A DNA stretch of 59,018 nucleotides from NCBI GenBank assembly GCA_022508615.1, contig JAFLUW010000001.1, positions 10,772 through 69,789 of the forward strand. Direction: 5' to 3'. Below the pieces are notes generated by a model. It had not been told where the DNA came from, did no database searches, and saw only the letters and a list, made by a program, of their open reading frames with translations. Positions 49,248 through 59,018 of the stretch are shown piece by piece; within the stretch, counting starts at the first letter, position 1; every line of letters starts with the position of its first letter. This DNA comes from Prevotellaceae bacterium (GTDB lineage: Bacteria > Bacteroidota > Bacteroidia > Bacteroidales > Bacteroidaceae). A program made the position numbers and the translations under genes.

Positions 49248-50414
49248 TCAGTCGGCCTGTTCCTCCTTGGCTATGGCGATGACGGCGCGGTTGCTGTCGT
49301 TTTCGGCGAAAGGCTGTACGGTGTCGCCTTTGGAGTAGGCCTCGATGCGGCTTTCTTCGATGCCGAGTTTGATGAGCGCTGCCTTGACGGCGGCTGCACG
49401 CTCGCGGGAAAGGCGTTTGTTGATTTTAGCCGTGCCCGTTCCTTTGTCGGCATAGCCCGTGATGTTCGTGACTTTAGCTTTCGGGTGAGCCTTGAGCCAT
49501 GCGGCCAGCTTTTCGATTTTGGGCATTTCGGAGGCACGGATGACGCTCTTGTTGATGTCGAAGAATATTTCTTCGCGTGTTTCGAGCAGTATGACGGGCT
49601 CGGGCTTTTTCTCCTCGACAACGGGTTCGGGTTCGGGCTCCGGAGCAGGTTCGGGCTCGGGTTTGGGCACGACGACTACTACCGGTTCGGGCACGGGGGC
49701 GACGGGTGCAGGTTTGGCCTTCTTAAAGCCGAACTTGATTTGCAGGCCGAGCATGGCGGTCAGCTGCCAGTCGCCGCGGCCGTTGCGCTTGGAGTTGAAG
49801 CGGTCGTGCAAGTTGTTGGCGTCGACTTCGAGCGTGATGCCGAGGTGCTTGCAGACGTTGGCTTCGGCCATGAGGCCGGCGCGGAAGTTGTGTACGAGCG
49901 TATAGTCCTTCCATGCCAGCTCCTCGAAAGGCGCGCCAGCGGCCTGAAGGGCGTTGAAGTCGTCGTTGTCCCAGACATAGGTCAGGCCGACGCCGCCGAT
50001 GAGGTAGAGTCCGAACTTTTTCGCGCCGCATTTCTTTTTGGAAAAGAGGTTGACGAGGTTGACCATGAGGTCGGCGTCGGAGGTGAGGTAGTTGTAGTCG
50101 TAGACGCCCCAGCCTTTCACGCCGCCGCGGCCTTTCCAGCCGTTGACGTGCAGCCGTGCGCCGATTTCGGGGGAGAACATGGCACCGAGGCTTGCGCCGG
50201 CTGTGGGCGTGACGATCGAACCTTGTTTGCCGAGCAGATAGGCGCCCTTGGGGTTGCGGTAGTTGGAAAAGGTCAGCTGACCGCCGCCTTGAAGGCCGAT
50301 GAAGACATAGGGATATGGTTTGTAGGTCATCGACTGGCAGCAGGAGTTTTCCTGTGCCCGGGCTGCGCTGATCAGAAGCAGCAGGGCTGCCGCTACGGAC
50401 ATGAGCTTTTTCAT
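49248..50414 (-). CDS. OmpA-family outer membrane protein
   Basis: Signal peptide, beta-barrel, (PE)n linker, FFDINKS, GYADKGTG..NKRLSRERA, NRAV. Confidence 0.92.
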   Translation of the reverse strand: MKKLMSVAAALLLLISAARAQENSCCQSMTYKPYPYVFIGLQGGGQLTFSNYRNPKGAYLLGKQGSIVTPTAGASLGAMFSPEIGARLHVNGWKGRGGVKGWGVYDYNYLTSDADLMVNLVNLFSKKKCGAKKFGLYLIGGVGLTYVWDNDDFNALQAAGAPFEELAWKDYTLVHNFRAGLMAEANVCKHLGITLEVDANNLHDRFNSKRNGRGDWQLTAMLGLQIKFGFKKAKPAPVAPVPEPVVVVVPKPEPEPAPEPEPEPVVEEKKPEPVILLETREEIFFDINKSVIRASEMPKIEKLAAWLKAHPKAKVTNITGYADKGTGTAKINKRLSRERAAAVKAALIKLGIEESRIEAYSKGDTVQPFAENDSNRAVIAIAKEEQAD

Positions 50415-50513
50415 ATACTTGTTTTTTTGATTTTTAGGTTTGGCGACAAAGGTAAACATTTTTTTGTAGTGTGCAAAGTAGTGTACGCCGGGATTTTCGG
50501 GGCGCGGGCCGGT

Positions 50514-51761
50514 TCAGCGGTCGAATGCGGCGAGCCAGTCGGCCACGACGAAGCAGCTGCCGCCCACATATATGGTGGCTGCCGCGTCGCCGTCGGCCGC
50601 TGCGAAGGCTGCGCGGTAGGCCGCAGGGACGTCGGCGAAAGTTGATCCGGCAAGGCCGCAGGAAGCGGCTCTTTCGGCCAGTCGTTCGGCCGGCAGTGCG
50701 CGCCGCACGCCGGCTTGCGTCCAGTAATAGCGGGCCTGTTGCGGCAGCAGGCGGAGTATGGCGGAGAGGTCTTTGTCTTCGGCGCAACCGAAGACGATGT
50801 GCAGCGCCCCTTCGCCGGCGATGCGGGCCAGCCGCGGGGCCAGCAGCTGCCATCCGCCGGGGTTGTGGCCGGTGTCGAGCAGGGTTCGGCCGTGCCGTTC
50901 CCAGCGTCCGCGTGGTCCGCCGGTGAGTTCGACGACATGGCGCAGGCCTTCGTCTATGTGGCGCAGGCTGAGGCCGAAATGGCGGCGCAGCAGGGGCAGA
51001 CAGGCCGCAATGGTGCGCAGGTTGAGGCGCTGACAGTCGCCTTTGAGGGCGAAAAGTTCGCGGCGTGGGGCCAGTTCGTCGGTTTCGAGGTCTTCGGCGA
51101 AGACGAGCGGAGCGCCGGCTTCGCGGGCGGCGCGGACGAAGACGGGACGTGTCTCGCCGTCGGCTTCGCCCACGACGACTGGCGTCGCAGGTTTGATGAT
51201 TCCGGCCTTTTCGGCGGCTATCTGTGCGCGGGTGGCGCCGAGCAGGGCCGTGTGGTCGAGGCTGATGTTGGTGATGAGCGAGAATACGGGGCGGATGATG
51301 TTCGTGCAGTCGAGCCTTCCGCCCAGTCCGACTTCGACGACGGCCACGTCGACTGCGCAGTCGGCGAAATGGCGGAAAGCAAGGGCCGTGGTCAGCTCGA
51401 AAAACGAGGGATGCAGCGGCTCGAAGAATGTTCGTTCGCGCGCGATGAAGTGGACGACGGCTTCTTTCTCGATCATCCGGCCGTCGACGCGGATGCGCTC
51501 GCGGAAGTCGACGAGATGGGGCGACGTGTAGAGGCCTACTTTCAGGCCGGCGGCCTGAAGCATGGCGGCTATCGTGTGTGCGCACGAGCCTTTGCCGTTC
51601 GTTCCGCCGATGTGTATCGTCCGGTAGCGGCGGTGCGGGTGGCCGAGGCGGAGGTCGAGCGCGCGGGTCGTGGCGAGGCCTTCCTTATACGCGCCCGCCC
51701 CGACTTGTTGGAACAGCGGGGCGGAGGCGTAGAGATATTCGAGGGTTTCGTCGTAAGTCAT
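50514..51761 (-). CDS. folC: Folylpolyglutamate synthase/dihydrofolate synthase
   Basis: IGGTNGKGS, YTSPHL, EVGLGGRLDCTN, DH..LG..IAAEKAGI, DTGHN. Confidence 0.95.
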   Translation of the reverse strand: MTYDETLEYLYASAPLFQQVGAGAYKEGLATTRALDLRLGHPHRRYRTIHIGGTNGKGSCAHTIAAMLQAAGLKVGLYTSPHLVDFRERIRVDGRMIEKEAVVHFIARERTFFEPLHPSFFELTTALAFRHFADCAVDVAVVEVGLGGRLDCTNIIRPVFSLITNISLDHTALLGATRAQIAAEKAGIIKPATPVVVGEADGETRPVFVRAAREAGAPLVFAEDLETDELAPRRELFALKGDCQRLNLRTIAACLPLLRRHFGLSLRHIDEGLRHVVELTGGPRGRWERHGRTLLDTGHNPGGWQLLAPRLARIAGEGALHIVFGCAEDKDLSAILRLLPQQARYYWTQAGVRRALPAERLAERAASCGLAGSTFADVPAAYRAAFAAADGDAAATIYVGGSCFVVADWLAAFDR

Positions 51762-51836
51762 GCGTGTGGAGCTGAAGTGCCGGCGGCGCAGCGTGGCCGG
51801 AGGGCGGGTCTGTCGGAAACAGGCTTGTGTTCGTGG

Positions 51837-51899
51837 AAACTTGGTCTGAGTAAGTTTGAACTTAGTCTGAATTAGTTTTAACTTAGTCTGAGTAAGTTT
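51837..51899. repeat. 21-bp unit array, 3 units (F,F,F)
   Basis: AAACTTGGTCTGAGTAAGTTT / GAACTTAGTCTGAATTAGTTT / TAACTTAGTCTGAGTAAGTTT. Confidence 0.93.
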
Positions 51900-51934
51900 C
51901 GGCTGCTTCGCAGGTTTTTGTAATCATGTGAGAA

Positions 51935-53092
51935 TCAGCCGAAATATTTTCTGAACGAGTGGATGATTTTTTGCTTCACGCTCTCGCCGGCGTGCAGGTT
52001 GTCGCTTTCGCGCATTTCTTCGAAAGCTTTGCGCTCGAACTTCGAGAGCGTTTCGGGAATGTAGACGCTGATGTTGACGATGAGGTCGCCGCGGCCGTAG
52101 CCGTAACCCTCGACGGCGGGCAGCCCCTTGCCGCGAAGGCGGAGCGCCGTGCCCGGCTGCGTGCCCGGCTGTATCTTGACACGGGCGCGGCCGTCGATGG
52201 TGGGCACTTCGACGCTGTCGCCGAGGGCGGCTTGTGCGACGGTGAGCACGAGGTTGTAAACTACGTCGTTTTCGTCGCGAATCAGTTCGGGATGGCGCTC
52301 TTCTTCTATGAGCACCTGTATGTCTCCCGTGACTCCGCCGCGCCGTGCCGCGCCGCCTTTGCCGGGGACGTTGAGCACCATGCCTTCGGACACGCCGGCG
52401 GGGATTTTCACTTCGACGACTTCTTCGCCGCCGACGATGCCTTCGCCGCCGCATTTGGGACAACGGTGCTTGATGATCACGCCTTCGCCGCGGCAGTCGG
52501 GACAAACGTCCTGCACTTGCATCATGCCGAGCATCGTTCGCTGCGTGCGCACCACGCTGCCCGAGCCTCCGCATTTCGGACAGGTCTCCGGCGAATGGCC
52601 GTGCTCGCATCCCGATCCGCCGCACGCGGAGCAGGCCACGTCCTTGCGGACTTTGAACTTCTTCGTGCAGCCTTCGGCGATTTCTTGCAGGTTAAGTTTC
52701 ACCTTCATGCGCAAATCGCGGCCGCGATGCTGAGCTCGGCTGCGGCGTCCTCCGCCGAATCCTCCGCCGAAGTGGCCTCCGAAAATGTCGCCGAACATCG
52801 AGAAAATGTCGTTCATGTCCATTCCTCCCGAGCCGAAGCCTCCGAAGCCGCCCATGCCTTGTCCGTCAACGCCGGCGGCGCCGAACTGGTCGTAGCGGGC
52901 GCGCTTGTCGGCATCGCGCAGCACGTCGTAGGCTTCGGCCGCCTGTTTGAATTTCTCCTCGGCTTCCTTGTCGCCGGGGTTGCGGTCGGGATGATATTTG
53001 ATGGCTACCTTTTTGTAGGCCTTCTTTATTTCGTCGGCCGTGGCGGTGCGTTCCACGCCGAGTATCTTGTAATAGTCTTTTTCTTCGGCCAT
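51935..53092 (-). CDS. dnaJ: Chaperone DnaJ
   Basis: J domain with HPD, G/F-rich region, four CxxCxGxG repeats. Confidence 0.97.
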   Translation of the reverse strand: MAEEKDYYKILGVERTATADEIKKAYKKVAIKYHPDRNPGDKEAEEKFKQAAEAYDVLRDADKRARYDQFGAAGVDGQGMGGFGGFGSGGMDMNDIFSMFGDIFGGHFGGGFGGGRRSRAQHRGRDLRMKVKLNLQEIAEGCTKKFKVRKDVACSACGGSGCEHGHSPETCPKCGGSGSVVRTQRTMLGMMQVQDVCPDCRGEGVIIKHRCPKCGGEGIVGGEEVVEVKIPAGVSEGMVLNVPGKGGAARRGGVTGDIQVLIEEERHPELIRDENDVVYNLVLTVAQAALGDSVEVPTIDGRARVKIQPGTQPGTALRLRGKGLPAVEGYGYGRGDLIVNISVYIPETLSKFERKAFEEMRESDNLHAGESVKQKIIHSFRKYFG

Positions 53093-53189
53093 AGTCGTAG
53101 TTTTTGGTTGTGGATGAGGGGCGGCATGCCGTTGCAAAACGTGCGCGGGGCAGTCTTTTGCCGGACTTTGCCTGCGTCGGGCGGATTTT

Positions 53190-53771
53190 TTACTGGCCTA
53201 CGACCACTTTGGCGTGGCGCAGTACGCGCTCGTTGAGGAAATATCCCGTCTGCACGCAGTCGATGATTTTATTTTTCTGTTCGGGTGCGCCGGGAAAGAG
53301 GGTTACGGCCTCGTGAAAGTCGGTGTCGAACTCCTGTCCCTCGGTTTCCATCTTTTTGAGGCCTTTTGCGGCGAGCGCTTTCGAGAGTTTGTCGACGATG
53401 AGGTGTATGCCTTCCTTGACGGCGGCCACGTCGTCGGTTTTGTCGACATTGTCGAGCGCGCGCTCCAAGTCGTCGAGCACGGGGAGCAGGCTTTCGATGA
53501 CGTCTTTGCCGCCGTTGAGAATGAGTTCGGTCTTTTCTTTTATGGTGCGCTTGCGCAGATTTTCAAAGTCGGCCATCTTGCGCAAGTATTGGTCTTTGAG
53601 TTCGACTATCCGGGCTTCGGCTTCGGCCAAACGCGTTTCCGGAGTCTGTTCCTCGGCGGCAGTTTCTTCGTTTTCGGGCGTTTCCGTTTCTTTTTCAGGT
53701 GTTGCCGTTTCGTGCGCGGCGGTTTCTTCGGTCTTGAGGGTCTCTTCGTTTATCTGAGTATCTTCTTTCAT
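53190..53771 (-). CDS. grpE: Nucleotide exchange factor GrpE
   Basis: [38 protein letters not shown]. Confidence 0.96.
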   Translation of the reverse strand: MKEDTQINEETLKTEETAAHETATPEKETETPENEETAAEEQTPETRLAEAEARIVELKDQYLRKMADFENLRKRTIKEKTELILNGGKDVIESLLPVLDDLERALDNVDKTDDVAAVKEGIHLIVDKLSKALAAKGLKKMETEGQEFDTDFHEAVTLFPGAPEQKNKIIDCVQTGYFLNERVLRHAKVVVGQ

Positions 53772-53837
53772 GTCGGTTCTTGTTGGTTTTTAAAGCTGAA
53801 TTTGCAAAAGTTGTGCCATGACGGCTTTGGCGCAGTC

Positions 53838-55475
<1,638 letters not shown>

Positions 55476-55642
55476 TCAGCCCGCAAAGTTATAAAAAATC
55501 CGCGACTTGCATGCCCGTCGTGCCGGTCGGCGCGCCTTTCGTGCGCGGCAGTCTTTCCCTTGCCTGCCGGGCACAACGAACGCCGGGCAGCGGGGTGCGT
55601 TCCGCTGCCCGGCATACAAGTTGCCGTCGGGGCTGTCCCGGC

Positions 55643-56242
55643 TCAGCAAAGTTCTTTTTCGGCGCGGGCCGAGACAATGTCCCAGTCCACCAGGGGCCAG
55701 AGAGCGGCCACATAGTCGGCCCGGCGGTTCTGGTAGTCGAGGTAGTAGGCGTGTTCCCACACGTCGACCGTGAGCAGCGGCCTTAGCCCGTGGCGCAGCG
55801 GGTTGTCGGCGCCGGGGGCTTGCAGGATGTCGAGCCGTCCGTCGGCGTCGGCCGTGAGCCACGCCCATCCCGAGCCGAAAATGCCAACGGCGGCTTCGGC
55901 CAGCTGACCGAGCATTTTCTCGCGGCTGCCGTATCGGCTGGCGATGAGGGCTTCGAGCCGTGCCGAAGGAGCCGTTTCGGTGCCACGGGGCGAGAATTGC
56001 TCGAAATAAAGCGTGTGGTTGAACACCTGTCCGGCGTTGTTGCCGATGGCGCCGTCGGCTTGGGCGGCGATTTCGCAGAGCGGTTTGCCTTCGAATGGGC
56101 TGCCGGCTACAAGACGGTTGAGATTGTCCACATACGTCTGCAGATGTTTGCCGTAGTGGAACTCCATTGTGCGCTTGCTGACGGCCGGTTCGAGGGCGTC
56201 GGCCGCATAGCCCAGCGCGGGCATGACAAACAACTCTTTCAT
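55643..56242 (-). CDS. sod: Fe/Mn superoxide dismutase
   Basis: [25 protein letters not shown]. Confidence 0.95.
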   Translation of the reverse strand: MKELFVMPALGYAADALEPAVSKRTMEFHYGKHLQTYVDNLNRLVAGSPFEGKPLCEIAAQADGAIGNNAGQVFNHTLYFEQFSPRGTETAPSARLEALIASRYGSREKMLGQLAEAAVGIFGSGWAWLTADADGRLDILQAPGADNPLRHGLRPLLTVDVWEHAYYLDYQNRRADYVAALWPLVDWDIVSARAEKELC

Positions 56243-56265
56243 GACCGTGAAAAACCTGAATTCGT

Positions 56266-56844
56266 TTAATAATTCGTTTTCATCACCTCGAAGTGAGCCT
56301 GCGGATGCTCGCATGCGGGGCAAAGTTCGGGCGCCTGCTCGGCTTCGATGATGAAACCGCAGTTGCGGCACTGCCAGTAGACCTTGCCGTCCTTGCGGAA
56401 GACGGTGTATTCCTCGATGTTTTTCAGCAGGGCGCGATAGCGCTCCTCGTGTCCCTTTTCGGCCACGGCGATGGCGCGGTACATTTTGGCGATTTCGGGG
56501 AATCCCTCTTCGTCGGCCACGCGGGCAAATTCGGGATAGGCCTCGGCCCACTCTTCGTTCTCGCCTGCGGCTGCGGCGCGCAGGTTTTCTTCGGTCGTGC
56601 CGATGATGCCGGCGGGGAAGGAGGCGTGAACTTCGCACATGCCGCCTTCGAGCTGCTTGAACATGCGTTTGGCGTGCTCTTTCTCCTGATTGGCCGTCTC
56701 TTCGAAGATGGCTGCGATTTGTTCGTATCCTTCTTTCTTGGCTTTCGAGGCGAAATAGGTGTAGCGCATGCGGGCCTGGCTTTCGCCGGCGAAGGACTGC
56801 ATCAGGTTTCGTTCGGTGCGGGTGCCTTTGATGGATTTTTTCAT
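56266..56844 (-). CDS. rbr: Rubrerythrin
   Basis: [22 protein letters not shown]-terminal CRNCG..CPAC. Confidence 0.95.
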   Translation of the reverse strand: MKKSIKGTRTERNLMQSFAGESQARMRYTYFASKAKKEGYEQIAAIFEETANQEKEHAKRMFKQLEGGMCEVHASFPAGIIGTTEENLRAAAAGENEEWAEAYPEFARVADEEGFPEIAKMYRAIAVAEKGHEERYRALLKNIEEYTVFRKDGKVYWQCRNCGFIIEAEQAPELCPACEHPQAHFEVMKTNY

Positions 56845-57056
56845 AGCTGTATGTTTTTTTGGTTAGACGTGTTGCAAATGTAGGGCGGATTTTGTTTCGC
56901 CAAATTTTCTGCAGCCTTTTTTTGCAGAAAAATCGGTTTGTGCATGCTTTTTGCCAACTGCGGCATGCAAACGGGCGCATAGCGGTTGCCGGTACATCTA
57001 TATATAATAATGGGTGGCCCTTCGCTGCGGTTTTTTCGCGAAGCGGCTGTGTCGGA

Positions 57057-57093
57057 GAAAAAGCAGAGAGCCGCACCAAGGTGCGGCTCTCTG
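57057..57093 (-). terminator. Terminator after the 63-aa peptide gene
   Basis: CAGAGAGCCGCACC-AA-GGTGCGGCTCTCTG with an adjacent A-run (U-tract on the minus strand). Confidence 0.75.
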
Positions 57094-57207
57094 AACTGGC
57101 TTTCGTATGTGCGTGTATATAGCAGGGCGGATACGGCTTGCTGCCTTGTGGTAAATGTCGGCGCGGCGGACGCTCGCCACGCGGCAGCGCGCAGGGGCGC
57201 GAAGTGC

Positions 57208-57399
57208 TTATTCCTTGTTTGCCCAGATGCCGGAGTTACCCCATTGGTTCTCGCTGTCCCAAATCTTGCGGTTGGATAGCGAAGTGTTTGCGTCGACGGC
57301 GTCGGAATCTCTGTCTATGTAGATCGTCGATGCGGCCAGCAAGTCGCGGACGGTCAGCGTTTCGGTGGTGACGGAGGGGGCTATATAAGTCTTTTTCAT
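57208..57399 (-). CDS. Small peptide with MKKxYxxP leader
   Basis: MKKTYIAPSVTTETL..LLAAS; starts 37 bp after the upstream gene; terminator downstream. Confidence 0.75.
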   Translation of the reverse strand: MKKTYIAPSVTTETLTVRDLLAASTIYIDRDSDAVDANTSLSNRKIWDSENQWGNSGIWANKE

Positions 57400-57436
57400 G
57401 TCGTATAGTGGTGTTTAACGTGAGACATCGCGGCGT

Positions 57437-59017
57437 CTATCGGGCGATGTACGTTTTGCCGCTCTGTATGTAGAGGCTGCCTCGGGCCACGTTCGTCACG
57501 CGGCGGCCGGACAGGTCGTATTTCGGCGCATTGCTTTCCGTTTTGTCGGCCGCGCGGTCGATGCCGGTCGTCATGCCGCCGAGGCGAATGGCCAATGCTG
57601 CGGTTTCTTGTTCGTTCAGTACGAGGCAGGCTTTGTTTGCGCTGAAATCGTTACCGTTCGTGTCGAGCTGTCTGAAAATTGCGGCGTCCCCGTCGCCCTT
57701 TGTGAATACATAGGCGGTCTCTCCCTCTGCGGTTTTCGGCTTTCCGCCCTCGGGCAGTCCTACGAGCAAGTTGCCGGCATAGACTTCCTCGCCGCCGCGG
57801 GACGAGGTGTAGTACATGTAGGCCGTTGTCTCGCTGTTGCTGTTGAGAATGATGCCTTCATTTTTGGGGATGATGTTCCCGTTCGTTTGTTCCAGCGTAG
57901 CTTCGTTGTCGGTTGTTTCGGCTATCTTGTAGGTGTTGATTCCTTCGGAGGCTTCGGTGTTCCAGCCGGCGCTGAATGTGGCCGCGTGGCCGAGGTTGCT
58001 GGTTTCGGTAAGCGACACGGGGAGCGCTTTGGCGTAGACGTAGTAGATTGACCAGTTTCCGGTGCCGGCAGTGTAAGTAAAATTGGTTCGAACAGGACTT
58101 CCGCCGGAGCTGTTTAAGTACAGCGTAGAACTGGCATCTACCAACAAGAAGCGTACTGCTAATGGAGAATCCTCTGCATCAGCGTGCAATCCATTACCCG
58201 GACCTTTGTCGAAATTGTCAGTTACCTCCATAGCTTTGAAAACGGTAGCCTGATCCGAATTTGAGCTGCGAGTGGCTGGGCCGCTCGTGCCACAGATATA
58301 TTCGCCCGAGTGCATGTTTTTCAGTTTAACTCCGCCGTCGGCTTTTTCGAGGAAGAAATCGTTTTCCTCCGCGGTATAATTATCGGTGTGGTTTCCGGAA
58401 GCGGCATATCCGCGGCGCAAATCGCAGTCGATATGCAGGAATACGGGAAAACCTCCGCGGTTGATTTCGTCGGCCGTGAGCAGCGTGCCTTTCGCGCCCT
58501 GCGTGTCGTCGTGCTTGGCTTGCGTTGCCTCGCGGTAGGATTCGTAAACGTAGAAGACGGACCAGCAACCGATTCCCGTGGAGCCGACGAGAATAGATTG
58601 ACTGCCGCCGGAACTGTTCAGATACACAGGCGTGCTGGACAAAGACGACGCTACGGCAATTCGCACACTCTGCGGAGCCGGTAGGGCATCGGTGTGCAAA
58701 TTGTTAATGGAAGGATCGGCTGTTTGTACGGCTTTGAACACCGTAGCATTTGCCTTGTTGTCTTCACGCGATACGGTATTGCCGTTGCCGACTTTGATGT
58801 ATTGGTTTGTTTCTACATTCTTCAGAATGATGCCGCCTTTCACTTTTTCTACGTAGAAATCGTTTGTTCTCTCGGTATAACCCGTGGTGTGGTTTGTCGA
58901 ACCGACGTAGGCTTGTTTCTGCTGACAGTCTATGTGCAGAAAGACGGTAATGCCTCCGTCGTTAATCTCGTCGGCCGTGAGCAGCCAGCCCTTTGTTCCG
59001 TGTGTGTCGTCGGCCTG
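57437..59017 (-). CDS. Repeat-containing surface/secreted protein with T9SS-type C-terminal domain (5' end outside the window)
   Basis: Frame open to the window edge; C-terminal TTGID..YDLSGRRV..GSLYIQSGKTYIAR; 167-aa internal repeat. Confidence 0.85.
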   Translation of the reverse strand, partial: QADDTHGTKGWLLTADEINDGGITVFLHIDCQQKQAYVGSTNHTTGYTERTNDFYVEKVKGGIILKNVETNQYIKVGNGNTVSREDNKANATVFKAVQTADPSINNLHTDALPAPQSVRIAVASSLSSTPVYLNSSGGSQSILVGSTGIGCWSVFYVYESYREATQAKHDDTQGAKGTLLTADEINRGGFPVFLHIDCDLRRGYAASGNHTDNYTAEENDFFLEKADGGVKLKNMHSGEYICGTSGPATRSSNSDQATVFKAMEVTDNFDKGPGNGLHADAEDSPLAVRFLLVDASSTLYLNSSGGSPVRTNFTYTAGTGNWSIYYVYAKALPVSLTETSNLGHAATFSAGWNTEASEGINTYKIAETTDNEATLEQTNGNIIPKNEGIILNSNSETTAYMYYTSSRGGEEVYAGNLLVGLPEGGKPKTAEGETAYVFTKGDGDAAIFRQLDTNGNDFSANKACLVLNEQETAALAIRLGGMTTGIDRAADKTESNAPKYDLSGRRVTNVARGSLYIQSGKTYIAR

Positions 59018-59018
59018 C

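Noticed and set aside
49600-49710. Repetitive DNA within ompA
   Set aside because: It encodes the ordinary Pro/Glu linker of OmpA proteins.
52740-52870. Short repeats in dnaJ
   Set aside because: Normal G/F-rich region coding sequence.

Overview
High-GC Bacteroidales chromosome window (Prevotella/Alloprevotella-like, judged from TAnnTTTG promoter elements, TamL/TamB, T9SS C-terminal domains and gene order). Most of it is housekeeping: tamL-tamB, recX, glycosyltransferases, metG, argB, ribF, dusB, dnaG, nrdDG, aroQ, folK, queA, truB, uppP, ftsX, ompA, folC, dnaJ-grpE, an ABC-F ATPase, sod and rbr. Three non-routine layers stand out. (1) A 21-bp quasi-palindromic unit (consensus AAACTTA-GTCTGAG-TAAGTTT) forms ten abutting 2-4-unit arrays at gene and operon boundaries. 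Its 7-bp core occurs in either orientation from unit to unit, and one pair of arrays brackets a block whose inversion would put folK directly behind queA. (2) A compact ~6.2-kb low-GC element is integrated in tRNA-Arg(CCT). It has a 14-bp att repeat, arm-type repeats, a tyrosine integrase, an excisionase, an HTH protein and a gpII/X-like Rep, but no recognisable transfer or capsid genes. (3) Surface/secreted loci: a CotH-like lipoprotein broken at a C9 tract and at a TATAT, a T9SS cargo protein with 167-aa repeats followed by a YxxP-leader Trp-periodic peptide, and a GH95 with a T9SS tail. All calls come from reading the sequence and recognising motifs; no database searches were run.
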